From the NCBI GenBank assembly GCA_001822065.1, contig MHPJ01000026.1:5281-69280 (forward strand): a stretch of 64,000 nt of DNA. The letters run 5' to 3'. Below are positions 55,325-64,000 of the stretch, in pieces; the stretch's first letter is position 1; each line of letters opens with the position of its first letter. The notes beneath the pieces were generated by a model. The model saw only the letters and a program-made list of their open reading frames with translations. It was not told the DNA's origin and searched no databases. A program made the translations under genes and the position numbers. This DNA is from Candidatus Staskawiczbacteria bacterium RIFOXYB1_FULL_37_44. Lineage in GTDB: Bacteria > Patescibacteriota > Minisyncoccia > Minisyncoccales > Staskawiczbacteraceae.

Positions 55325-55594
55325 ATGGCTTTAACAACCAAAGAAAAAGCAAAGATAATAAAAGAAATTGGCTTAGATGAAAAAGACACAGGGTCATCTG
55401 ATGTCCAAATTGCCATGCTTAGCAAAGAAATAGATAAGCTGGTTTTGCATTTAAAAAAGAATGCCCAAGATGTGCATTCAAAAAAAGGCTTGATTACAAT
55501 GGTTATTAAAAGAAAAAAATTGCTGGCTTATTTAAAAAAAACATCTGAAAAAAGATATCTGGCAATTATCAAGCAAATAGGTCTGAAAAAATAA
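55325..55594 (+). CDS. rpsO: 30S ribosomal protein S15
   Basis: MALTTKEKAKIIKE...GSSDVQIA.L...I..L..HLK.N..D.HS..GL. Confidence 0.9.
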   Translation: MALTTKEKAKIIKEIGLDEKDTGSSDVQIAMLSKEIDKLVLHLKKNAQDVHSKKGLITMVIKRKKLLAYLKKTSEKRYLAIIKQIGLKK

Positions 55595-55596
55595 TT

Positions 55597-56100
55597 ATGC
55601 AGCCAAAACCAAAAGAACAAAGAGTAGAGGTTTTAATTGATGTTCAAAATTTATACCACTCGGCAAAAAATCTTTACCACGCAAGAGTTAATTATCAGGA
55701 AGTTTTAAAAAATGCAATTAGCGGAAGAAAGTTTATTCGGGCTTTTGGTTATGTTGTGCGCACAAAAACTGGCGAAGAAACGCCGTTTTTTGATGCTTTG
55801 GGCAAAATTGGCATTGAAACAAGGGTAAGAGATCTGCAAGAATGGTACGGTGGAGCCAAAAAAGCAGACTGGGACGTAGGCATTGTAATTGACGCAATTC
55901 GCACAGCTCCCGGGCTTGATGTAATTGTTTTGTGCTCGGGAGACGGAGACTTTATTGCATTAGTGGAATATTTAAAAAACCAGGGAAAACGCGTGGAAGT
56001 TATGGCTTTTGGAAAAACCACTTCGGCAAAACTTATTGAAGTTGCCGATGAATTTATTGACCTTGACGACGGCCTCCCCAAATTCTTACTAAAAAAATAA
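55597..56100 (+). CDS. NYN-domain protein (LabA/DUF88-like), paralog 1
   Basis: VEVLIDVQNLYHSAK...VLCSGDGDF. Confidence 0.6.
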   Translation: MQPKPKEQRVEVLIDVQNLYHSAKNLYHARVNYQEVLKNAISGRKFIRAFGYVVRTKTGEETPFFDALGKIGIETRVRDLQEWYGGAKKADWDVGIVIDAIRTAPGLDVIVLCSGDGDFIALVEYLKNQGKRVEVMAFGKTTSAKLIEVADEFIDLDDGLPKFLLKK

Positions 56101-56193
56101 ATTTTAACCTTGCTATTGACAGGGGAGTATAATATGCTAATATTGAATTAGCAACGCCCCAGCCAGCCGTAAGGTCCGCTGGGGTTTTAATTT

Positions 56194-56775
56194 ATGCAAA
56201 CGATACTTTTTATAGACGGACGAAATTTTATCAGCAAGATCGAATCAATTTTTGATAAAAAAGATATAGATTTGTCTATTTATAATTTTACAGGACTTTT
56301 AGACAAGGCTCTTTCAGGAGTAAAAATTGATAGAAAAATATTTTATATTGGCCGAGTAATAAACCACGAGGAAACAAAAGAAAAATCAACAGAACTTATA
56401 CAAAAACAAAGATTTTTAAAAACTAATTTAGAAAAGCAAGGATTTGAGGTAACTTATGCCGGGCATGTAAGGGGAAATGAAGCAAGCTGTCCAAAAGGAC
56501 ATAAATTCCTGTTATTTAGAGAAAAGGGTGTTGATGTCAGAATTGCAGTTGATATGATTTCTCTCGCCTGCGACCAAGTATTAAATACAGCAGTTATTGC
56601 TAGTTCTGATTCCGATTTACAACCAGCCATAAAAGAATTAGAAAAAAGAAAAGTAAAACGTATTTATTTAGGATTTGAAAATTCCCCCAACAAAGGGTTG
56701 ACATTCACCACAAACCGCACAATTCTTATCAGAAATTCAGAAGTATTAGAATTTATGCCAAAAACTTTAATTTAG
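56194..56775 (+). CDS. NYN-domain protein (LabA-like), paralog 2
   Basis: ILFIDGRNF...VIASSDSDL. Confidence 0.6.
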   Translation: MQTILFIDGRNFISKIESIFDKKDIDLSIYNFTGLLDKALSGVKIDRKIFYIGRVINHEETKEKSTELIQKQRFLKTNLEKQGFEVTYAGHVRGNEASCPKGHKFLLFREKGVDVRIAVDMISLACDQVLNTAVIASSDSDLQPAIKELEKRKVKRIYLGFENSPNKGLTFTTNRTILIRNSEVLEFMPKTLI

Positions 56776-56941
56776 AACGTTTATTAAAGTAAGGGAGCTT
56801 TTAGAAATAAACGAGGCATTACAAAGAAAAGTAATGGAATTGGAGAAAAAATATGGAAAACATAGCGACCAAATAAAGAAAATATTTGCAACATTAACTT
56901 TATTATCATTAGACGAACCAAAAGAAGAAATCGGTTTTAAG

Positions 56942-56963
56942 AATTAAATAATTAATTGCGGGG
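56942..56963. repeat. 22-bp direct repeat AATTAAATAATTAATTGCGGGG, left flank of the toxin-antitoxin cassette
   Basis: Identical copy at 57505-57526. Confidence 0.9.
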
Positions 56964-57026
56964 AATGTAATTGATTTTTAAGGGAATTTCTGGTAAAGTT
57001 AAGGCGTAACAAAGATATAAAAAAAT

Positions 57027-57230
57027 ATGGTTTCATTAAATATAATAATAAAACAAGGTAAAAAAAGCCACAAAAAAATGGTGGAATTTGATGTGGATCA
57101 ATTTGAAAGACTTGCCGCTGCTTTTGGCATGTTTAATCCTGATTTTATTAAAAGATTAGACAAGGCAGAAAAAGATGTTAAAGCAGGAAGAATAAGAAAG
57201 ATAAACTCATTGAAGGACTTAGATAAATAA
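57027..57230 (+). CDS. putative antitoxin (small protein upstream of the RelE/ParE toxin)
   Basis: 67 aa; 4-nt gap to the toxin gene. Confidence 0.4.
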   Translation: MVSLNIIIKQGKKSHKKMVEFDVDQFERLAAAFGMFNPDFIKRLDKAEKDVKAGRIRKINSLKDLDK

Positions 57231-57233
57231 TAA

Positions 57234-57503
57234 ATGGAAATTTTTACTACCGAAGATTTTGAAAAAGATTACTCTTCTTTGCCAAAAGAAATTCAGAAAA
57301 AAGCAAAAAGGCAGGAAAATATTTTTAAGAATAATCCATTTTATCCGTCACTTCGCACCGAAAAATTAACTCCGAAATCAAGAGAAGCATGGAGTTTTCG
57401 TGTAGATAAAAAATATCGGATTATTTTTAGATTTCTGGGAGAAAATAAAATAGTTTTTATAGCAATTGGTCCGCATGATTGGGTTTACAAAATAAATTTT
57501 TAA
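57234..57503 (+). CDS. RelE/ParE-family type II toxin
   Basis: YRIIFRF...KIVFIAIGPH. Confidence 0.6.
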   Translation: MEIFTTEDFEKDYSSLPKEIQKKAKRQENIFKNNPFYPSLRTEKLTPKSREAWSFRVDKKYRIIFRFLGENKIVFIAIGPHDWVYKINF

Positions 57504-57504
57504 A

Positions 57505-57526
57505 ATTAAATAATTAATTGCGGGGT
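57505..57526. repeat. 22-bp direct repeat, right flank of the toxin-antitoxin cassette
   Basis: AATTAAATAATTAATTGCGGGG. Confidence 0.9.
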
Positions 57527-57615
57527 GCTGATATACGAATTTACACCAACGCTACAAATAATTCATTTGTATCATTGGCGTGTCATTGGTATATTGGCAT
57601 CGCGCTCGCGAAGCG

Positions 57616-59745
57616 ATGATAAAAGATACGTTTGAGATAAAAGTTGGCGAAAAGCCAATTATAATTAAAACTACCAACTGGACCGAGCAAGCCTCGGGAA
57701 GTTGTTTGGTTTCTTGCGGAGAAACAGAGGTTTTGGTAACCGCTGTTTTGAGCCCGTTTTCAAGGCCGGACATAGACTATTTTCCTTTGACAGTTGAATA
57801 TGAGGAAAGGTTTTACGCAGCCGGTAAAATTTTCGGCTCGCGGTTTATGAAAAGAGAATCCAGACCTACAGAAGATGCAATTTTAACCGCCAGAATGATT
57901 GACCGCGCAATACGGCCATTGTTTCCAAAAGATTTTAAAAAAGAGGTGCAGGTTGTGGTAACTTGTTTGTCTTGGGACGGTGAAAATGACCCGGATATTT
58001 TGGGAATGATTGGAGCTTCTTTTGCATTGGCAATTTCAAATATTCCTTGGAACGGGCCTTTGGGAGCAATTCGCGTTACAAAAAACGGGGAATGGAAATT
58101 TAACTCAAATTATTTGCAAAGAAAAGAAAGTGATATGGATTTGACTTTGTCGGCTATAGAGAAAGACGGCGACATTTTAATAAATATGATTGAAATGGGA
58201 GCAAAAGAGGTTTTGGAAAAAGATGTTTTGGAGGCATATGAAATTGCAAAAAAAGAAATAAAAGAAATGATTGAAGTCCAGTTGAAAGCCGTTAAAAAAA
58301 TTGGAAAAGAAAAAGATGTTTTTGAGCCTGCTGTTGAGCTGGATATTGAAAACGAGATTAAAGAATGGCTGGGAGATAGGCTTGAAAAAGCAATAAACAA
58401 CGCTCCTAAAAGCGAGAAAAATTTAGGATCAGCAGAAATTTTAAAACAAGAATTGATTAAATATTTAGCTGAAAAGCATCCGGGAGAAGGCAAGGAGAAG
58501 CAGGTTTTGGCTTTTTTTGAAAAAGAAATTGAAAAAATAATTATCAAAAATATAATCGAGAAAGATTACAGGCCCGACGGCAGGAAATCAACAGACATCA
58601 GACCTTTGTCTTGCGAAGTTGCGGTTTTGCCAAGAGCCCATGGTTCTGGAGTATTTTTTAGAGGGCTGACAAGAGTGCTTTCAATTTTAACTTTGGGCGG
58701 TCCGGGAGACCAGCAAATTTTGGAAGGAATGGAGTTTGTGGGAAAGAAAAGATTTTTGCACCATTATAATTTTCCTCCATTTTCTTCCGGAGAAACAGCT
58801 CCAATGCGAGGCCCAAAAAGAAGGGAAATTGGCCATGGGGCTTTGGTTGAAAAAGCTTTATTACCGATGCTTCCAACGCCAGAGCAGTTTCCTTATACGA
58901 TAAGAATAGTATCTGAAGTTGTGTCTTCAAACGGGTCAACTTCGCAGGCATCTGTGTGCGCAGCTTGCGTTGCTTTAATGGACGCAGGCGTGCCAATTAA
59001 AGAGCCCGTGGCTGGCATTTCAGTCGGCTTAGCAAAAGACGAAAAATCTGGAAAATATAAACTTTTAACCGACATTCAAGGCCCAGAAGACCACTATGGA
59101 GATATGGACTTTAAAGTTGCCGGAACCAAAAATGGAATTACCGCAATTCAAATGGATATTAAAATTGACGGCATTGATAAAAAAATAATGGAGGAGGCTT
59201 TGACGCGCGCAAAAGATGCAAGATTGAAAATTCTTGATATAATAAAAGAACAGATACCAGAATCAAGGAAAAATTTATCGCCGTACGCTCCAAAAATAAT
59301 TTCGTTTATGATAAACCCTTCAAAAATTGGAGAAGTTGTCGGGCCGAAGGGATCTATGATAAATAAAATTATTGAAGAGTGTAATGGAGTGGCAATTGAT
59401 ATTGAAGATTCGGGGTTGGTTGCTATTACCGGACAAAATCAGGCAGATGTGGACAAGGCTGCAAATTGGATTAAAGGAATTGTAAAAGAAATTGAAGTTG
59501 GAGAAGTTTTCCAGGGAACTGTGCGCAAAATTATGGAATTTGGAGCTTTTGTGGATATTTTGGGAGGGCAAAGCGGGCTGGTTCATATTTCAAAATTTGT
59601 TCCGCAAAAAATTGATTCTGTAAAAGATGTTGTCAGAGAGGGCGATGTGATTCCTGTAAAAGTTATGTCAATTGACGAGCTTGGCAGAATAAATTTATCC
59701 GCAATTGACGCTGGATTCAAACCAAAATCAAAAAACTCAAAATAA
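57616..59745 (+). CDS. pnp: polyribonucleotide nucleotidyltransferase (PNPase), start trimmed to MIKDTF
   Basis: Two RNase PH domains, KH (IIEECNGVAIDIED) and S1 (GEVFQGTVRKIMEFGAFV) domains. Confidence 0.85.
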   Translation: MIKDTFEIKVGEKPIIIKTTNWTEQASGSCLVSCGETEVLVTAVLSPFSRPDIDYFPLTVEYEERFYAAGKIFGSRFMKRESRPTEDAILTARMIDRAIRPLFPKDFKKEVQVVVTCLSWDGENDPDILGMIGASFALAISNIPWNGPLGAIRVTKNGEWKFNSNYLQRKESDMDLTLSAIEKDGDILINMIEMGAKEVLEKDVLEAYEIAKKEIKEMIEVQLKAVKKIGKEKDVFEPAVELDIENEIKEWLGDRLEKAINNAPKSEKNLGSAEILKQELIKYLAEKHPGEGKEKQVLAFFEKEIEKIIIKNIIEKDYRPDGRKSTDIRPLSCEVAVLPRAHGSGVFFRGLTRVLSILTLGGPGDQQILEGMEFVGKKRFLHHYNFPPFSSGETAPMRGPKRREIGHGALVEKALLPMLPTPEQFPYTIRIVSEVVSSNGSTSQASVCAACVALMDAGVPIKEPVAGISVGLAKDEKSGKYKLLTDIQGPEDHYGDMDFKVAGTKNGITAIQMDIKIDGIDKKIMEEALTRAKDARLKILDIIKEQIPESRKNLSPYAPKIISFMINPSKIGEVVGPKGSMINKIIEECNGVAIDIEDSGLVAITGQNQADVDKAANWIKGIVKEIEVGEVFQGTVRKIMEFGAFVDILGGQSGLVHISKFVPQKIDSVKDVVREGDVIPVKVMSIDELGRINLSAIDAGFKPKSKNSK

Positions 59746-59799
59746 AATAATTAACATCTTGCAAAAATATAATATTCTAAATTTGTAAGATAAAAAATT

Positions 59800-60600
59800 A
59801 TGCAAAAACAAAACCAAAAAAGGTTTATTCTGCCGGTTGTAATAATTTTAATAACTGTTGCTGTTTTGGGAACCGGTGGTTATTTCACATATAGGTATCT
59901 CTCAAAATCCCAAAATCCGACGCCCAATCCTTCGGCAAGCTCAGGACAAGACGCCCAACCAAACCCTAGTGCTAAAAATTCAAATAACAACAATAACCCT
60001 ATTGTTTGCACGCAGGATGCCAAACAGTGCCCTGATGGAAGCTATGTCGGCCGCACCGGCCCAAAATGTGAGTTTGCTCCCTGCCCCGCAGTTGTTGACT
60101 CGACCGCCGGCTGGAAAACATATACAAATACTCAATACGGATTTGAAATAAAATATCCGGTAAACTGGAAGTTGTCAGAAGAATACGGCGTATTATTTTA
60201 TCCAGCTGAGTATGAAAAAGAAGCGGTATCATGCTATGGTGGCTCGTCTTTCGGAGGTTGTAACGCTCATAAAATTTCGATCGTCATACAACCGTATACT
60301 AATATTGAAAATTATTGGCTCTGGAATATTATCGCTAACAAGTCTAATATTAAAGCACCGTTAAAAATGCCGGTCGATGATCAAATAATAAAGGATAGCA
60401 AGACTGTTAATCTTGGCGATAATAAAGTTGTAGAAGTTATCGATGGATTTGGTCCGGGAAACTGGCAAAGAAACTATTTTGTTATTGACTCCCCTGAAAA
60501 ACAGAGTTTGATTATATTCCATTCTGAGAATAATAAAAATCCAATTTCTATTGTAACTGTTGCTGAAGAAATGCTTTCCACGTTTAAATTTACGAAATAA
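59800..60600 (+). CDS. hypothetical secreted protein
   Basis: N-terminal TM/signal, Cys-containing domain. Confidence 0.4.
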   Translation: MQKQNQKRFILPVVIILITVAVLGTGGYFTYRYLSKSQNPTPNPSASSGQDAQPNPSAKNSNNNNNPIVCTQDAKQCPDGSYVGRTGPKCEFAPCPAVVDSTAGWKTYTNTQYGFEIKYPVNWKLSEEYGVLFYPAEYEKEAVSCYGGSSFGGCNAHKISIVIQPYTNIENYWLWNIIANKSNIKAPLKMPVDDQIIKDSKTVNLGDNKVVEVIDGFGPGNWQRNYFVIDSPEKQSLIIFHSENNKNPISIVTVAEEMLSTFKFTK

Positions 60601-60608
60601 AATAATAA

Positions 60609-60636
60609 CTGGATTCCCGCTTTCGCGGGAATGACA
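60609..60636. repeat. family A element, intergenic
   Basis: CTGGATTCCCGCTTTCGCGGGAATGACA. Confidence 0.9.
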
Positions 60637-60641
60637 ACATT

Positions 60642-61631
60642 ATGGTTACGGAAACTGAAGAATTACAAGCTAAAGAATTCTTAAAAAGGGCGGAAATAAG
60701 GACAATGAGAAAAGACCTCTTAAAATTAAGAGAATCTGATGCGTTAAAAGAAAGGGATAAAATTGCCACAATAAAAACCCTTGAAGAACAGCTGGAAGAA
60801 AGAAAAACAGAACTGGCAAAAGAAGCAAGGGCGCGCGAAGAAAAAATTCAAAGAGAAGAGGTTTTGACAAATAATGAAAGCCAAGAAAGAATTGCCGAAA
60901 AAGACTTGAAAAATTATGCAACGGAACAGGAGCGCCAGCAGATATTTTTGCTGGAATCGCAACGCCTTGGTTTCGAAAAACAAGCTGACCAAATTGACAA
61001 AGAAAAGGATCCCGCTCTAAAATTGGAAAAAAACAATTTATTGCTTAAAAAACGCGACGCGCAAGCAAAATTAAATTTACTTTTAGAACAAGAAAAAAAG
61101 CTTGAAGAGGAGCAAAAATTTATCGCGGAAAAAGCAAAAACTTCAACTATTGCCTCTGAAAAAAAGGGGCTTGAAGCCAGAAGGTGGGATATGGATAAAG
61201 AGATTCAAGAAATAGAAAAAAAGAGATGGGAGGCTGAAAAACAAGTAGAAAATATAAATGCCAGCATTATCCAAGTAGACAAATCTTCAGACCGGCTTGT
61301 TGTTGAAAAAAATTTGCTGAGAGATAAAATTTTGGGCGCCGATAAATCTTTAAGAGAAATTTATTCTGTTGTTATGGCAAGAGAAGAGGAAAAGAGAAGA
61401 GGCAAGACAAAAGAACAAATAGCTCGCAAAGAGGAATTGTCAAAAGCAAGATCAGAAGAAAACGAAAAAGTCCAAAGACAGCAATGGGCGCATTCTACAA
61501 TTCCAGTCCCGACCAAAAAAATCCCGATAAAATCGTTTGAGGCAGAAGAAGAACAGCGCAAAAAATTTTTACAAGATGTAGAGAAAGGAAGCCAAATCGG
61601 CACCCCCCAGAAAAAAAGTAATATTCAATAA
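60642..61631 (+). CDS. hypothetical KE-rich coiled-coil protein
   Basis: 329 aa, low complexity. Confidence 0.4.
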   Translation: MVTETEELQAKEFLKRAEIRTMRKDLLKLRESDALKERDKIATIKTLEEQLEERKTELAKEARAREEKIQREEVLTNNESQERIAEKDLKNYATEQERQQIFLLESQRLGFEKQADQIDKEKDPALKLEKNNLLLKKRDAQAKLNLLLEQEKKLEEEQKFIAEKAKTSTIASEKKGLEARRWDMDKEIQEIEKKRWEAEKQVENINASIIQVDKSSDRLVVEKNLLRDKILGADKSLREIYSVVMAREEEKRRGKTKEQIARKEELSKARSEENEKVQRQQWAHSTIPVPTKKIPIKSFEAEEEQRKKFLQDVEKGSQIGTPQKKSNIQ

Positions 61632-61641
61632 AAATAAAATA

Positions 61642-62025
61642 ATGAAAAAAGAATTAACTGAAGAATTAAAAGCAAAATTGGAGGAACAAAAAAAATCAAT
61701 CCAAAAAGAGCTGGAAAGTTTTGCCAAAGAAGATCCGAATTTAAAAGATAATTGGGAAACAAAATTCCCAAACAGGGAAGATGCCGATAAAGACGAAGCA
61801 GCCGATGACACCCAAGAATACGACAACGCGCTTTCGTTGGAATACAGCCTCGAATTAAAACTAAAAGACGTAAATGCGGCTTTGGAAAAAATTGCCGCCG
61901 GAGGCGAGCCTCGCCAAGGGCGGGAATCCGGCAAATATGGCATTTGCGAAAAATGCGGGAAAGAAATTGAAGAAGCGCGTTTGCAGGCGGTTCCGGAGGC
62001 CAAACTTTGCATGAAGTGTAAATAG
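61642..62025 (+). CDS. DksA/TraR-family C4 zinc-finger protein
   Basis: C-terminal CEKCGKEI..(x)..CMKC. Confidence 0.6.
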   Translation: MKKELTEELKAKLEEQKKSIQKELESFAKEDPNLKDNWETKFPNREDADKDEAADDTQEYDNALSLEYSLELKLKDVNAALEKIAAGGEPRQGRESGKYGICEKCGKEIEEARLQAVPEAKLCMKCK

Positions 62026-62033
62026 CGCCGCTC

Positions 62034-62146
62034 TTGTCATTGCGAGGAGCCCTGAGCGAAGTCGAAGGGCGACGTGGCAATCCAGAGTGAAAGCACAGAC
62101 TTCTAGATTGCCACGTCAGTCGCTTCGCTCCTTCCTCGCAATGACA
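62034..62146. repeat. family B full element (113 bp long inverted repeat), intergenic
   Basis: TGTCATTGCGAGGAGCCCTGAGCGAAGTCGAAGGGCGACGTGGCAATCCAGAGT ... CTAGATTGCCACGTCAGTCGCTTCGCTCCTTCCTCGCAATGACA. Confidence 0.9.
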
Positions 62147-62179
62147 GTAAACAAAAACAGAGCCTCAAAGCCCTGCTTT

Positions 62180-63250
62180 TTATTTGTAACTAATTGTAGA
62201 TCCCACCGGATATTTTGCCAGAGGATTTCTGGCTCCTAAAACTTGGAAGTGCACGTGGCATCCCGTGGCGTTTCCTGTGCGGCCTATTAAGCCTATTCTG
62301 TCTCCGGTGATTACTTTGTCTCCTGGTTTTACAAAAACATTTTGGAAGTGTCCGTAATAAGTGACTGTTCCATTTGAATGCAAAATTGTAACGTAGTTTC
62401 CCATTCCTAAATTCCAAGCGTTATTATAAACCGCCCTTTGGACAATGCCCGAAGCTGCTGCATAAACTGACGTTCCACAGCTGCTTGCAACGTCAACCGC
62501 GTTATAATAATGCAATCCTTGGGTAACACGGCCTTGCGTTGGGAAAATGAAGAAATTATCAGCCAAAGGAACTTGGTTGTTTATTATGGGCGATGCTTTT
62601 TTGGGCATTGTTCCGCCCGGCACAATTAAAATGTCTCCAATATAAATGTCGTCTTGATTTGCCAAATCATTATACGAAATTATGTCAGGAGACTGCGCTT
62701 TATATGTTTGGGAAATTCCCGAAAGAGTATCTCCGTTTTTTACAACGTGTAAAATTCCATCTGTAGGCAATATAGACAAACTTTGCCCGACTTTTATGGT
62801 TGAAGAGCTTGTCAAATCATTTGCCCAGAGCAAAGTGTTAACAGAAATTTTATAAGAATTTGCAATTGATTGGAAAGTGTCTCCCGGCTGTACCGTGTAA
62901 TCAACTACGTCTTTTTGGTTTTGATTTGCGCCCCCAAAAACATCTCCCAAAACTTTTCCCGAAACAATATAGGGAGCTGAAACTCCGCCAATGGTATTGT
63001 CTTGTATTATTTTTAAATCAGGTGTTTCCAATGCAATAGCGCTTACCGGGCTGTAAAACAAACTGTCGCTGTTTTGGTTGCTGTGCTTATTAAAAAAAGA
63101 ATTAAAAAATACAATCTTGCCATTTCCAAAACTATTAACATTGGCCGAAGTATCGCAAGAAGCATACATTGTTCCAAATAAAAAAACTGCGCCAAGCACA
63201 AAGTAGCCAGCTTTTATATTTTTTAATGTTTTGTTAATAAATTTTAACAA
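62180..63250 (-). CDS. secreted LysM-domain M23 metallopeptidase
   Basis: Two LysM-like segments (GDTFQSIANSY.., GDTLSGISQTY..) and M23 motifs (HYYNAVD...HFQNVFVKPGDKV..G.TGNATGCHVHFQV). Confidence 0.8.
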   Translation of the reverse strand: MLKFINKTLKNIKAGYFVLGAVFLFGTMYASCDTSANVNSFGNGKIVFFNSFFNKHSNQNSDSLFYSPVSAIALETPDLKIIQDNTIGGVSAPYIVSGKVLGDVFGGANQNQKDVVDYTVQPGDTFQSIANSYKISVNTLLWANDLTSSSTIKVGQSLSILPTDGILHVVKNGDTLSGISQTYKAQSPDIISYNDLANQDDIYIGDILIVPGGTMPKKASPIINNQVPLADNFFIFPTQGRVTQGLHYYNAVDVASSCGTSVYAAASGIVQRAVYNNAWNLGMGNYVTILHSNGTVTYYGHFQNVFVKPGDKVITGDRIGLIGRTGNATGCHVHFQVLGARNPLAKYPVGSTISYK

Positions 63251-63339
63251 CTTATTTCAAGGTTATCACTTTCAAGAGCTTTGGTCAATCGTTTCATTCA
63301 TAAGTTATACACAGCTAAATTTATGTTATACTAAATAAA

Positions 63340-64000
63340 ATGGATTTAACTTCTCCAACAAACATAAAAGAACTTTTGGCAAAATACAAAACAAGTCCGT
63401 CAAAAAGGCTTGGCCAGAATTTTTTGATAGATAAAAATGTTTTAGATAAAATTATTACATCGGCCGATCTAAGGCCAAGTGATACCGTTTTAGAAATAGG
63501 GCCGGGTATTGGAACACTCACGCAAGAACTTGCTAAAAGCGCAGGACAAGTAATTGCAATTGAAAAAGACCGCGCAATGGTTGAAATTTTATCCGAAACT
63601 TTAAAAGACTATAAAAACACAGAAATTATTCAAGGCGACATTTTAAAATTAAGCTTCGCGTCATTGCGAGGAAAGAGCGAAGCGACTGACGAAGCAATCC
63701 AGAGTTATAGATTGCCGCGTCGCCTACTGGCTCCTCGCAATGACGAAGTCAAAAATTACAAAGTTGTCGCAAATATACCGTACTATCTTACATCGCCATT
63801 GATTCGAAAATTTCTGGAGCTGAATCCGCCAGATGGCGGACCGCCAAGCGAAATGGTTTTAATGATACAAAAAGAAGTTGCCCAACGCATTTGCGCCAAA
63901 CCACCGGAAATGTCTTTACTGGCGGTTTCGGTGCAATTTTACGCAGATGCAAAAATTGTTTCTTATGTCTCAAAAAATTGCTTCTGGCCGGCCCCCAAAG
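63340..64000 (+). CDS. ksgA: 16S rRNA (adenine1518/1519-N6) dimethyltransferase KsgA/RsmA, 5' part (3' end outside the window) with in-frame family B insertion
   Basis: RLGQNFLID, LEIGPGIGTLT, NIPYY motifs. Insert SFASLRGKSEATDEAIQSYRLPRRLLAPRNDEV corresponds to the repeat at 63660-63744. Confidence 0.8.
   Translation, partial: MDLTSPTNIKELLAKYKTSPSKRLGQNFLIDKNVLDKIITSADLRPSDTVLEIGPGIGTLTQELAKSAGQVIAIEKDRAMVEILSETLKDYKNTEIIQGDILKLSFASLRGKSEATDEAIQSYRLPRRLLAPRNDEVKNYKVVANIPYYLTSPLIRKFLELNPPDGGPPSEMVLMIQKEVAQRICAKPPEMSLLAVSVQFYADAKIVSYVSKNCFWPAPK
63660..63744. repeat. family B full element in frame in ksgA
   Basis: GTCATTGCGAGGAAAGAGCGAAGCGACTGACGAAGCAATCCAGAGTTATAGATTGCCGCGTCGCCTACTGGCTCCTCGCAATGAC. 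Confidence 0.9.

Noticed and set aside
1185-63745. Possibility that the recurring 28-113 bp palindromic repeats form a CRISPR array
   Set aside because: Copies are dispersed singly or in pairs across the whole window, in both orientations and inside genes. There are no regularly spaced direct repeats with unique spacers and no cas genes.

Overview
AT-rich (about one-third GC) bacterial chromosome segment with small, densely packed genes. Gene content (tsaD, PolX, a membrane H+-pyrophosphatase, arrays of small pilin-like proteins, many KE-rich hypothetical proteins, almost no biosynthesis genes) suggests a reduced-genome, CPR/Patescibacteria-like organism; this is inference only. Housekeeping genes recognised: recG (3' end), tsaD, a ValS-like class I aaRS, Hsp20, gyrA (split by a 392-aa intein), rpsA, uvrB, ruvA, a MurE-like Mur ligase, greA, polX, rplT-rpmI-infC, tmRNA next to smpB, hppA, nusA, an ABC exporter, cca, rpsO, pnp, LysM-M23 peptidase, ksgA (5' part), and tRNAs Glu, Leu, Ala, Pro, Arg, Lys. 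The most unusual feature is the density of short palindromic repeat families: A/B 'GTCATT..CTGGATT' elements, a GC-rich GCCGAAGGCTTCGGC element, a CCGCCAGCTGGCGG palindrome, and TTCGAAA heptamers. These sit in intergenic regions and also in-frame inside conserved genes (tsaD three times, valS, uvrB, murE, gyrA, nusA, cca, rpsA, ksgA), adding peptide segments in the way Rickettsia palindromic elements do. Other candidates worth a second look are listed here. A five-gene operon encodes NUDIX, three tandem nucleoside-2-deoxyribosyltransferase-like paralogs, and a second NUDIX, followed by a small membrane protein. A tRNA-Leu-adjacent island carries a Fic gene flanked by two high-GC coiled-coil envelope genes that share a duplicated promoter and leader. 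A winged-helix/Cas2-like gene is bracketed by inverted 38-40 bp palindromes. A RelE/ParE toxin-antitoxin cassette is flanked by 22-bp direct repeats and sits next to two NYN-domain genes. Also noted: an orphan high-GC HicB-like gene, a SET-domain protein, a tRNA-like element with a 9-nt anticodon loop beside a small-RNA candidate, and an unclassified structured leader RNA. All calls are from reading the sequence; no database searches were run.
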